From assembly GCA_963676615.1 (NCBI GenBank), contig OY781092.1, forward strand, positions 416,001 through 480,000: a stretch of 64,000 nt of DNA, written 5' to 3'. Both the position numbers and the translations under genes were made by a program. The notes under the pieces were generated by a model. It did no database searches and was not told the origin of the DNA. It was given only the letters and a program-made list of their open reading frames with translations. This DNA is from Candidatus Cloacimonadota bacterium (GTDB taxonomy: Bacteria > Cloacimonadota > Cloacimonadia > G963667145). The number at the start of each line of letters is the position of its first letter. Position 1 is the stretch's first letter. This document shows, in pieces, positions 20,108-28,490 of this stretch.

Positions 20108-22291
20108 CTATTTTTGCTTTTTAATTGCGTCCCTGATGTTTTCTGGAATCACAGGAATTTCTGGTAAAAAGATGCCTGTAGCGTTGTGTAGCGCGTCTCG
20201 GACTGCCGCAGCGGGGAAGTCCATCGGCAATTCGCCAAGCCCTTTTGGGCGAGAGGCGTCGTTGTCTGTGAAGTAAACATTTAGCTCGGGTGCGTCTGCG
20301 CAGGTGTAGGCGATGTAGTCGGTGATAGACGAGCCGCGCATTTTGGCTCTCTCCACAAACTCGGTAGAGCCCCAGCCGATAGCTTGGAGCACGCCGCCTT
20401 GGATTTGCCCTTCGCAAATTTCTTGGTTGACCCTTTTGCCGACATCGATGCCAAACCAACTTTTTTGCACATCAACTTGGTAAGTGTCGGGATCGTATTC
20501 GATTTCGATAATTGCGCAACCCCACGAGAAATCGCCGTAGCCCATACCTTTGTAGGTCGCCACATCGAACTGAATTGATGGGTCAAGCTCGAAAGTTTTG
20601 TAAAAATCTTTTGGGAATTGGTCTTGATTTGCCGCAACATAATCTTCGATTTTCTTGCCGCCAAACTCGTTTGCAACCAGCTCGTTTGCCATTTTTGTCA
20701 GCAGGTTACCCACGATGTAAATCGTTCTTGAGGCGACAGTTGGACCGCTGTTTGGCGTTTTTTGCGTGTTGGGAGTTTGGTAAAATGTTTTGCCTAGAGG
20801 ATGCCCGATTTTTTCGCTGAAGCATTGGGTGAGAGTAGTCGAAATCCCTTGTCCCATATCGGTCGAAGAGACATAGATGCGGACATTGGCGTCTTTGTCG
20901 ATGTTCACTCGCACCTTAGAAGCCATCGTTTTTTCGCCAGTTCCCGTGAAGCCGCCGCCGTGCATACCCGTTGAGATGCCGATGCCTTTTTTGATTTTGC
21001 TGGTTTTGTTGTGCTCGGCGAACTCTTTGATTTTTTTCTCGTAGCCAGATTTTTCCATAGCAATTTTCATCGTCTCATAAACGCTATCGATTTTGTTTAC
21101 TTGGGTCGTTGGGAAGATGTCGCCAGGGCGCAAGATGTTTTTCATCTTGAAATCCAGGTAGCTCATTCCGATTTTTGCGGCAATTTCTTGGGTGTGAGCT
21201 TCCATAGCGAATTCCGATTGTGGTGCGCCAAATCCACGGAACGCTCCGTTTGGAGGAGTGTTGCTTTTGAAAAAGCGAGCAAGGATTTTGACATCGTCGC
21301 AGTTGTATGTGCCGCCAGCGTGCAGCGCGCCCCTTGCCATTACAACAGGAGAGTGGGTCTCGAAAGCACCAGCGTCTAGGCGGAAATCGATTTCGACTTT
21401 TTCCATTTGTCCTGTTTTTGGATCGGTGTAGGAGGTGATTTCGGTTCTGCTGGGGTGTCTTTTTGTGGTGATTTGGATGTCCGATTCGCGATCAAGCACA
21501 AGTTTGACTTTGCCTCCGCCGTTTTTGTAGGAAACTAGGCTGGCGATGCCTGCCAAAATGTTTGGATAGTCCTCTTTTCCGCCAAAAGCTCCGCCCAAAG
21601 CGTCCGACTCTTCGATTTCGACTTTTTCGACAGCGCTGCCATAAAAAATTTCGATAGCCTCGTGAACATAGTATGGGCATTGGCAAGCGGCTTTTACGAA
21701 CATTCTTTTTTCGCTCGGGAAAAATTCGGCAACCACGCCTTGCGGCTCGATATACAGCTGCTCTTGGTGAGGCGTGTAATAAACGCCGTGATGCTTAATC
21801 CACGCAGGGTCAACCTCTTTGTGCTTGTGATTGTCGATCGTGATTTGCGATTTGAAAGGGTTGCCAGCATCTTTTGGATCGTATGGAAAAGCGTTTTCTT
21901 CGTTGTCCAGACACTCTTTGATGCCCACGATTGCAGGCAATTCGGTGTAGTCCACTTCCACTGCTTCCATAAATTTGAGCAGGGTGTCTTTGTCTTTGTG
22001 AGCCACGCCCATTATCGGCTGCCCAAAATATTCCACCTCTCCTTCGGCAAAAAGCGGCTGAGTCATCACAGGATTTTCAACCAGATTTTTTCCCGGCAAA
22101 TCTTTGGCGTCCACAAAAATGAACTCGTCAAGGTTGAAGCCCTTTGGGAAGTTAATTTTATTGACTTTTGCGTGAGCCTTGCTCGAGTAAATAAATTTAG
22201 CGTGCAAAAGATTTGCGTCCTGAATATCGTCGATAAACAAGACCTCGCCGTTCAATTTACGCATAGCATCGACTTTTTTGATACTTTTCAT
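20108..22291 (-). CDS. xanthine dehydrogenase family molybdopterin-binding subunit
   Basis: GGAFGGKE, GAFRGFG.PQ, DMGQG, GPTVASR, GQIQGG and KGLGE motifs; GGAG RBS before ATG 22291. Confidence 0.9.
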   Translation of the reverse strand: MKSIKKVDAMRKLNGEVLFIDDIQDANLLHAKFIYSSKAHAKVNKINFPKGFNLDEFIFVDAKDLPGKNLVENPVMTQPLFAEGEVEYFGQPIMGVAHKDKDTLLKFMEAVEVDYTELPAIVGIKECLDNEENAFPYDPKDAGNPFKSQITIDNHKHKEVDPAWIKHHGVYYTPHQEQLYIEPQGVVAEFFPSEKRMFVKAACQCPYYVHEAIEIFYGSAVEKVEIEESDALGGAFGGKEDYPNILAGIASLVSYKNGGGKVKLVLDRESDIQITTKRHPSRTEITSYTDPKTGQMEKVEIDFRLDAGAFETHSPVVMARGALHAGGTYNCDDVKILARFFKSNTPPNGAFRGFGAPQSEFAMEAHTQEIAAKIGMSYLDFKMKNILRPGDIFPTTQVNKIDSVYETMKIAMEKSGYEKKIKEFAEHNKTSKIKKGIGISTGMHGGGFTGTGEKTMASKVRVNIDKDANVRIYVSSTDMGQGISTTLTQCFSEKIGHPLGKTFYQTPNTQKTPNSGPTVASRTIYIVGNLLTKMANELVANEFGGKKIEDYVAANQDQFPKDFYKTFELDPSIQFDVATYKGMGYGDFSWGCAIIEIEYDPDTYQVDVQKSWFGIDVGKRVNQEICEGQIQGGVLQAIGWGSTEFVERAKMRGSSITDYIAYTCADAPELNVYFTDNDASRPKGLGELPMDFPAAAVRDALHNATGIFLPEIPVIPENIRDAIKKQK

Positions 22292-22400
22292 AAAGATATT
22301 CTCCAAGTTTTATTTTCCTCGAAAATTTGCCGCCCGCTAAAAGTTGTCAAACACTTTTTCGGTTTCTTTGCAAGGGGAAGAAATTTGTTGACACGAGGGC

Positions 22401-22423
22401 TAAATGAGAATGATTTGCATTTA
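22401..22423 (+). promoter_or_regulatory. Fur-box-like operator
   Basis: TAAATGAGAATGATTTGCATTTA, palindromic and similar to the Fur consensus, downstream of TTGACA (22388) and upstream of fur-feo. Confidence 0.75.
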
Positions 22424-22449
22424 CAATTAAAAAGGGGTGAATTTTTACG

Positions 22450-23124
22450 ATGCAAGAGATAGCGGAAATTTTGCAAAAGTTGAAAAATAAGGGGTTTAAG
22501 ATAACCAAAGAGCGCGAGTTGATTGTCGGTTATGTTTTTGCCACGCACACTCATTTTTCTGTGGACGATATTTTCAACTATTTTTTGCAGCAATCGGTGG
22601 ATGTTTTCAGGGCGACGATTTATCGGACTTTGCCGATTTTGCAGGAGTGCCAGTTGATAAAAAAGACGGTTGGCAACGGCGAGAAGGAGTTTTACGAGCA
22701 TATTTTTGGGCACAAAAAGCATTTGCACATTGTGTGTCAAAAGTGCGGAAAAGTTGTCGAGAAGTCGATAGATTTGATTCGCTCAAAGTTGCGGGAGATT
22801 TGCGCGGACGAGGGTTTTTTGCTCGAAGATTGTCAGGTGAATCTTTTTGGGGAGTGCGGCTCTTGCCAAAAAAATATTTTAAGGAGTAGAAGTATGAAGC
22901 TCAGGGATTTGAAAGTTGGGGATAAGGCGAAAATCGTCTCTTACGACACGCAGGACAAGGCTTATCGCAAAAAACTTTTGGCAATGGGACTGGTGAAGCA
23001 CAAGATTTTTGAGGTGGTGCGAGTGGCGCCGATGGGCGATCCTGTGGAAATTTTGATTAACAATTTTAACCTTACGCTGCGCAAAAAAGAGGCGGATGCG
23101 CTGAATGTGGAGGCTTTGTCGTGA
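22450..23124 (+). CDS. Fur-family regulator in frame with FeoA (FeoA has its own RBS and ATG at 22894)
   Basis: Fur motifs ITKER, ATIYRTL, HLHIVCQKCG and CGSC, then FeoA LLAMGL..APMGDP. Confidence 0.85.
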   Translation: MQEIAEILQKLKNKGFKITKERELIVGYVFATHTHFSVDDIFNYFLQQSVDVFRATIYRTLPILQECQLIKKTVGNGEKEFYEHIFGHKKHLHIVCQKCGKVVEKSIDLIRSKLREICADEGFLLEDCQVNLFGECGSCQKNILRSRSMKLRDLKVGDKAKIVSYDTQDKAYRKKLLAMGLVKHKIFEVVRVAPMGDPVEILINNFNLTLRKKEADALNVEALS

Positions 23125-25412
23125 TGAGCAACAAAATGACAATCGCCGTGACTGGCAATCCCAACTGCGGCAAAACGACGCTGTTTAATGCGCTCACAGG
23201 CAGCAGCCAGTATGTCGGCAATTGGCCGGGCGTTACAGTTGAGCAAAAAAGCGGGGTTATGAAGTTCGCTGGTGCAGAAATCGAGGTGGTGGACACTCCG
23301 GGAATTTATTCGATGACCAGCTTTTCGATCGACGAGAAAGTCACGCGGGACTATATCCTCTCTGGGCAAGCCGATGTCGTGCTGAATATTATCGACGCAA
23401 CGAATGTCGAGCGGAGCCTTTATCTGCTTACGCAATTGCTGGAGATGCGCGTGCCAGTGGTGGTGGCGCTGAATATGATGGACGCAGCAAGGCGCAAAAA
23501 AATCAAGATCGAAATCGAGCATTTTGCGCTCCATTTGGGGTGCCCAGTCGTGCCGATTGTGGCGTCTTTGGGAAAAAATTTGGATGCTTTGCAAAAAGCG
23601 ATTATGCAGCAGTTGCAGGAGAAAAAAATCTCTTCTGCCAAGGTGGTTTACGACGAGATTGTCGAAGAGCAAATCCAAGAGCTTTTGCCGCTGATTGCCG
23701 ATTGTGCCGCAGAGCAAAATGTGGATGCGCGCTGGTTGGCGATTAAGGCGTTGGAGGACGACGAGTTTGCGTATCAGGCGGTGCCAGAGAGTTTGGACTC
23801 GCAAATTAAGCCGCTGGTCGAGAAAATCGAGAAGCACACAGGCGAGGACGCCGATTTGGTCATCGCCGACGGCAAATATGGCTTCATCAACGGAATTGCG
23901 GAAGATGTGGTCAATCGCAGCGACCAGATTGGGCGGTCGGTCACCGAGGCTATCGACAAAATCGTCTTGCATCGGATAATCGGCATCCCGCTTTTTTTGG
24001 CGGTGATGTATCTGGTCTTTTGGGCGTCAACGAGCTTGGCTGCGCCGTTCATCGACTTTTTTGACGGTTTTGCGGGCACGATTTTTGTGGACGGTTTTGG
24101 AGTGCTGCTAGCCAAAATTGGCACGCCAGAATGGCTGAATGTGCTACTTGCTGGAGGAGTTGGCGGCGGCATCCAGACAGTTGCGACTTTCATTCCGCCG
24201 ATTTTTTTCGTCTTTTTGTGCCTGTCGATTTTGGAAGATTCTGGCTATATGGCGCGCGCTGCTTTTGTGATGGATCGACTGATGAAAGTCATCGGTCTGC
24301 CGGGAAAATCTTTCGTGCCGATGCTCGTGGGATTTGGTTGCACAGTGCCGGCGATAATGGCGACCAGAACTTTGGAAAGCCGCAAAGACCGCTTTTTGAC
24401 GATAATGATGGCGCCGTTTATGTCTTGCGGCGCGCGGCTGCCCGTCTATGTCCTTTTCGGCGCTGCGTTTTTCCCGCACAGCGCAGGCAAAATGGTCTTT
24501 TCCATCTATTTAATAGGAATATTGCTGGCGATTTTTACCGGATTTTTGATGAAAAAAAGTTTGCTCAAGGGCGAAGTTTCCACCTTTGTAATGGAGTTGC
24601 CCAGCTATCATATTCCCACGGCTCGCGGCATTTTGTTCCACACATGGCAACGGCTGAAGGTGTTTATCTTACGGGCAGGCAAAGCGATTATGATGATTGT
24701 GGTGATTTTGAGCTTTTTGAACTCGATTGGCACCGACGGCAGTTTCGGCAACGACGATTCGGGGAAATCTGTGCTGTCGGCAATCGGCAAGGCGATAACG
24801 CCCGTTTTTGCGCCGATGGGTATCCAAAGCAAAAACTGGCCAGCCACAGTCGGCTTGTTCACGGGAATTTTCGCCAAAGAGGCTGTGGTTGGGACGCTCA
24901 ACTCTCTCTACGAAAAAGGCGAGCAAGAGGAGCGCAAAAGTGAGGACGGAAATTTCGACTTTTGGGCAGGCATCGAAGGCGCTTTTGACGCTTTGGGTAG
25001 CGGGCTAAGCGGGATTTTTTCGTCGATGGGCGACCCACTGGGATTTGCCGAAGTTGGACAAAACCAATCCCAGACAGCGCAAGATTTGGCGGTGCGCAAG
25101 GCGACTTTTGGGGATATGCTCAAAAAGTTCGGCAGCACCTCTGCCGCCTACGCTTATCTTTTGTTCGTGCTGATTTATGTGCCGTGCGTTGCCGCTGTGG
25201 GTGCGATTTACCGCGAAACGACGCTGGCTTGGACAGTTTTGGTTAGTTCATATTTGACAATTTTGGCGTGGTGTGTAGCCACGGTTTACTATCAGTTGGC
25301 GAATTTTTTTGCGCATCCGGGCTCCTCGTCGCTGATAATTTTGCTGACTTTGGGTGGATTTGCCTCTGGGATGTTTTTGCTGGGCAAATATCACCGACCG
25401 ATCGAAGATTGA
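23124..25412 (+). CDS. feoB: ferrous iron transporter FeoB
   Basis: GNPNCGKTT, GNWPGVTVE, DTPG, LEDSGYMARAA and PFMSCGARLP motifs. Confidence 0.97.
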   Translation: MSNKMTIAVTGNPNCGKTTLFNALTGSSQYVGNWPGVTVEQKSGVMKFAGAEIEVVDTPGIYSMTSFSIDEKVTRDYILSGQADVVLNIIDATNVERSLYLLTQLLEMRVPVVVALNMMDAARRKKIKIEIEHFALHLGCPVVPIVASLGKNLDALQKAIMQQLQEKKISSAKVVYDEIVEEQIQELLPLIADCAAEQNVDARWLAIKALEDDEFAYQAVPESLDSQIKPLVEKIEKHTGEDADLVIADGKYGFINGIAEDVVNRSDQIGRSVTEAIDKIVLHRIIGIPLFLAVMYLVFWASTSLAAPFIDFFDGFAGTIFVDGFGVLLAKIGTPEWLNVLLAGGVGGGIQTVATFIPPIFFVFLCLSILEDSGYMARAAFVMDRLMKVIGLPGKSFVPMLVGFGCTVPAIMATRTLESRKDRFLTIMMAPFMSCGARLPVYVLFGAAFFPHSAGKMVFSIYLIGILLAIFTGFLMKKSLLKGEVSTFVMELPSYHIPTARGILFHTWQRLKVFILRAGKAIMMIVVILSFLNSIGTDGSFGNDDSGKSVLSAIGKAITPVFAPMGIQSKNWPATVGLFTGIFAKEAVVGTLNSLYEKGEQEERKSEDGNFDFWAGIEGAFDALGSGLSGIFSSMGDPLGFAEVGQNQSQTAQDLAVRKATFGDMLKKFGSTSAAYAYLLFVLIYVPCVAAVGAIYRETTLAWTVLVSSYLTILAWCVATVYYQLANFFAHPGSSSLIILLTLGGFASGMFLLGKYHRPIED

Positions 25413-25438
25413 TTTTGTGTAAAATTTTAGGAGAAATT

Positions 25439-25786
25439 ATGAAGATTTCTGATGGCAAAAAAGACGGAAGCGGAATTGGAAAAGGGCGAGGATTTTGTAG
25501 GGAGTTTGGCGGAGGCTGCGGGCAAGGCGTCGGTAGGCAAGAGAGGCTACGGCGATGTCAGGCACGGCAAGCCGAAGGGAACTTTTCTCTTGCGGAATTG
25601 GAAGAGGACAAACGAGCCAGAATCGTCGTAAATCCAGATGAGCAGACGGTCGGTATGGGCTTGTTTAGCGGGCAAATCGTCAAAATGAGCAAAAACGACG
25701 CAGGGCAGGACAAGCTGGTTGTTTGCGTTGGCGAGTCTCGGCTGGTCATCCCAAAAGCCACGGCGAAGCTGATAGTTGTGCGCTAG
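25439..25786 (+). CDS. second FeoA-family protein with Gly/Cys-rich N-terminal extension
   Basis: C-terminal FeoA SH3 pattern (MGLFSGQIV..LVVCVGESRLVI); AGGAG RBS. Confidence 0.7.
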   Translation: MKISDGKKDGSGIGKGRGFCREFGGGCGQGVGRQERLRRCQARQAEGNFSLAELEEDKRARIVVNPDEQTVGMGLFSGQIVKMSKNDAGQDKLVVCVGESRLVIPKATAKLIVVR

Positions 25787-25815
25787 CGGCTATTTTTGGG
25801 TCAAATAGCAAAAAA

Positions 25816-26052
25816 ATGATCGCCGAGATTAAGAAAGTTTTTGCTGCGCAAAAGGTGGTCTCGCTGTTTGGTTTGTCTGTGATTTTAAAGAAAGATCCGC
25901 AGACGCTAACGCTTGCTCTGGAGCAGCTTGTGCGAAAAAAATATTTGCAAAAAGTGGAGAGCAGTTGCGGCGGAATGTGCAGCGGTTGCGCTGGTTGCGA
26001 TAGGCTTAAAACAGAATTTTATAAAAAAAATGGGGAGAGAGATTTTTTGTAA
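25816..26052 (+). CDS. FeoC-like winged-helix protein
   Basis: Small ORF after feoB, LEQLVRKKY followed by a C-x3-C-x2-C-x2-C cluster. Confidence 0.72.
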   Translation: MIAEIKKVFAAQKVVSLFGLSVILKKDPQTLTLALEQLVRKKYLQKVESSCGGMCSGCAGCDRLKTEFYKKNGERDFL

Positions 26053-26155
26053 AATTTTGTTTGCTTAGTTTTTAAAATTTCCCCCAATTTTTTTGTGGAC
26101 AAAATCGGGGTTGTTTCGTTCTTTGCCAAAAATATTTGATAGATTTGGGGTAAAG

Positions 26156-28483
26156 ATGATACGAATTAACAAAAAAATGCATTACTCGCTGGCGACAGTG
26201 ATTTTTTTCTCGGTTTTGGCGGTTTATACCTATTGCCAGAGCAGCACCGTAAACTTTTGGGATTGTGGCGAATTTATTCCTGGGTGCACATTTTTGGGAG
26301 TGCCGCATCCGCCTGGAAACCCTTTTTATGTTTTGCTGGGCAAATTTTTGGATGTCGTTTCGTTTGGCTCTGTGACCGATGCGGTTTTAATCAATTTCTA
26401 CTCTGGGCTTTTGTCCGCTTTTGCGGTTTTGTTCACCTACCTTATCGCCGTCAAGCTGTCAAAATTGATGTTCTCGCACGATCAGGATAGCGTTTATATA
26501 TATGCAATCGGTGTGATTGCCGCTTTTTTTTCGGCATTTTCCAACTCGATTTGGAACAATGCAATCGAGGCTGAAGTTTATGGTGGAGCGCTATTTTTTG
26601 TCAATTTGTGCATCTGGCTGACTCTGGTTTGGCGCGAGAAAGTGTCCGATTTGGCGTGGCAAAATATGCTCTTGCTGATAATTTATCTGCTTTTTCTTGG
26701 CTTTAGTTTTCACCAAACGGCGCTGCAAATCGTGCCAGCGATATTGTTTGTGGCGATTTATCCCAAAATTCAGCCGCATTTTCACGATAGCAATTTTTGG
26801 ATCAAGGTCGGCATCTATGGTTTTGCACTTTTGGCGATTTTGCTACTTGGCTATCCAATCGGCAGCGCTATTGGGGTCGAGAGTTTGTCAAAAATTCTTT
26901 TCGCTATCGCCGCTTTTTGTTTGCTCTACTATTTTTTGAAAGATAGCGTGTCTAATCGAGTTTGGATTTTGGGCGCAGTGATGATTTTGCTGGGCGTTTC
27001 GTGTCACGCTCTTTTGATGATTCGGGCGGCGCAACTGCCGTATATCAACGAGTCGAACCCATCCACTTGGGGCGCTTTTGTTGATTTTATTTTGCGGAAG
27101 CAGTATGGCGGCTCGAACTTTATGAGCCGCAACTCCCCGATTTCGTATCAGGTGAGCTTCCACTTTTTGCGGTATTTCGGACAGCAGTTTTTTCATATTC
27201 CGTATTTTAGCAAATTGCTGGGATTTTCGGAAAATTTTATCGGATTTTTTACACACTGGTTCATTTTTTTGAGCGGAGTGGCAGGAGCGATTTTTCAATT
27301 CAAAAGGCGCAAGCGGTCTTTTTTGTTTTTTGCGTCGTTTATGTTTATGACCTCTGTGGCGATGATTTTGGTGATGAATTTGTCCGATCACGAGGTGCGC
27401 AACCGCCAATATTTTTTCGCTTCCGCCTATAACCTTTGGACGATTTGGATGTCGATGGGGCTTGTTTGGCTGGCGTATTTGTTGAAAAAAAACAGAAAGT
27501 TTTCACGAGCGATTTTGGCAATTTTGCTGATTTTTCCGCTGTTGAATTTTGCCTCAATGTTCCATATCCACGATCGTCATCAAAATTTTACGGCGATCGA
27601 ATACGCTTCGAATTTTTTGAACTCTTGCCAGGAGAACGCGATTTTGTTCACCAATGGCGACAACGATACTTTCCCGCTGTGGTATGCGCAGGCTTGCTAC
27701 GACCCGTATAGCAAAAAGCACGAAAAGGTTCAGCCAGCGACCGAGGTTGCGGGCGATGCTGCAACGCGCAGAAAGATTGTCAGCGTCAAAGATTTGCGGG
27801 AGGCACAGCGCAAAGGCATTCGTCCCGATGTGGCGATTGTGAATTTGAGCCTCATCAACACGCCGTGGTATATCCGCCAGATTCGTGACAAAAACGGTGT
27901 CGAGTTTGGTTGGAGCGATGCGGAGATTGAGCGTCTTAGACCGTTTTATGTTCAGAACGATCGGCCTTTTCGGCTTTACGACGAGAACACTGGCAAGGTG
28001 CTGCTTTCCACAAAAATCGAAAAGGGTGATGTGATGTATGTGCGAGATTTGTCGATTTTGCAGATTGTGAAGAACAATTTCGGCAAGCGTCCAATCTATT
28101 TTGCGTCCACCTCTAGCGACGATATGCTTTTTAGTGAGCATTGGCAGGACGAAGGTTTTGTGCAAAGAGTGGTTCAGGAGCCAAACGAAAAGTTGGCGCT
28201 GGAGCGCACGATTAACAATCTTTTGAATGTTTGTGTAATCGAGAGTTTTGCCGACGATTCTTATTTTAAAGATTCTGATGTTGCCAGAATGAGTAATTTT
28301 GTGGCGAATATGTTTTACAAGGCGCATATTCGTCTTGCCTCGCAAACGGCGAATTTTGAGCTGGCGGCGAAGATGATAGATATTGCCGAGCAAGTGGCTG
28401 AAGGCGATTACAAAAAAGCGTTTGCTTTGCAGAAACAGAAGTTTGCCGAGTTTGCTGGCGAGCGACAAAAATCACAAAGGTAG
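26156..28483 (+). CDS. DUF2723 membrane protein (TMEM260-like GT-C)
   Basis: FWDCGEF, PHPPGNP, EAEVY, FTNGDNDTFPLWY and NLSL.NTPWY motifs. Confidence 0.9.
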   Translation: MIRINKKMHYSLATVIFFSVLAVYTYCQSSTVNFWDCGEFIPGCTFLGVPHPPGNPFYVLLGKFLDVVSFGSVTDAVLINFYSGLLSAFAVLFTYLIAVKLSKLMFSHDQDSVYIYAIGVIAAFFSAFSNSIWNNAIEAEVYGGALFFVNLCIWLTLVWREKVSDLAWQNMLLLIIYLLFLGFSFHQTALQIVPAILFVAIYPKIQPHFHDSNFWIKVGIYGFALLAILLLGYPIGSAIGVESLSKILFAIAAFCLLYYFLKDSVSNRVWILGAVMILLGVSCHALLMIRAAQLPYINESNPSTWGAFVDFILRKQYGGSNFMSRNSPISYQVSFHFLRYFGQQFFHIPYFSKLLGFSENFIGFFTHWFIFLSGVAGAIFQFKRRKRSFLFFASFMFMTSVAMILVMNLSDHEVRNRQYFFASAYNLWTIWMSMGLVWLAYLLKKNRKFSRAILAILLIFPLLNFASMFHIHDRHQNFTAIEYASNFLNSCQENAILFTNGDNDTFPLWYAQACYDPYSKKHEKVQPATEVAGDAATRRKIVSVKDLREAQRKGIRPDVAIVNLSLINTPWYIRQIRDKNGVEFGWSDAEIERLRPFYVQNDRPFRLYDENTGKVLLSTKIEKGDVMYVRDLSILQIVKNNFGKRPIYFASTSSDDMLFSEHWQDEGFVQRVVQEPNEKLALERTINNLLNVCVIESFADDSYFKDSDVARMSNFVANMFYKAHIRLASQTANFELAAKMIDIAEQVAEGDYKKAFALQKQKFAEFAGERQKSQR

Positions 28484-28490
28484 GTTTAAG

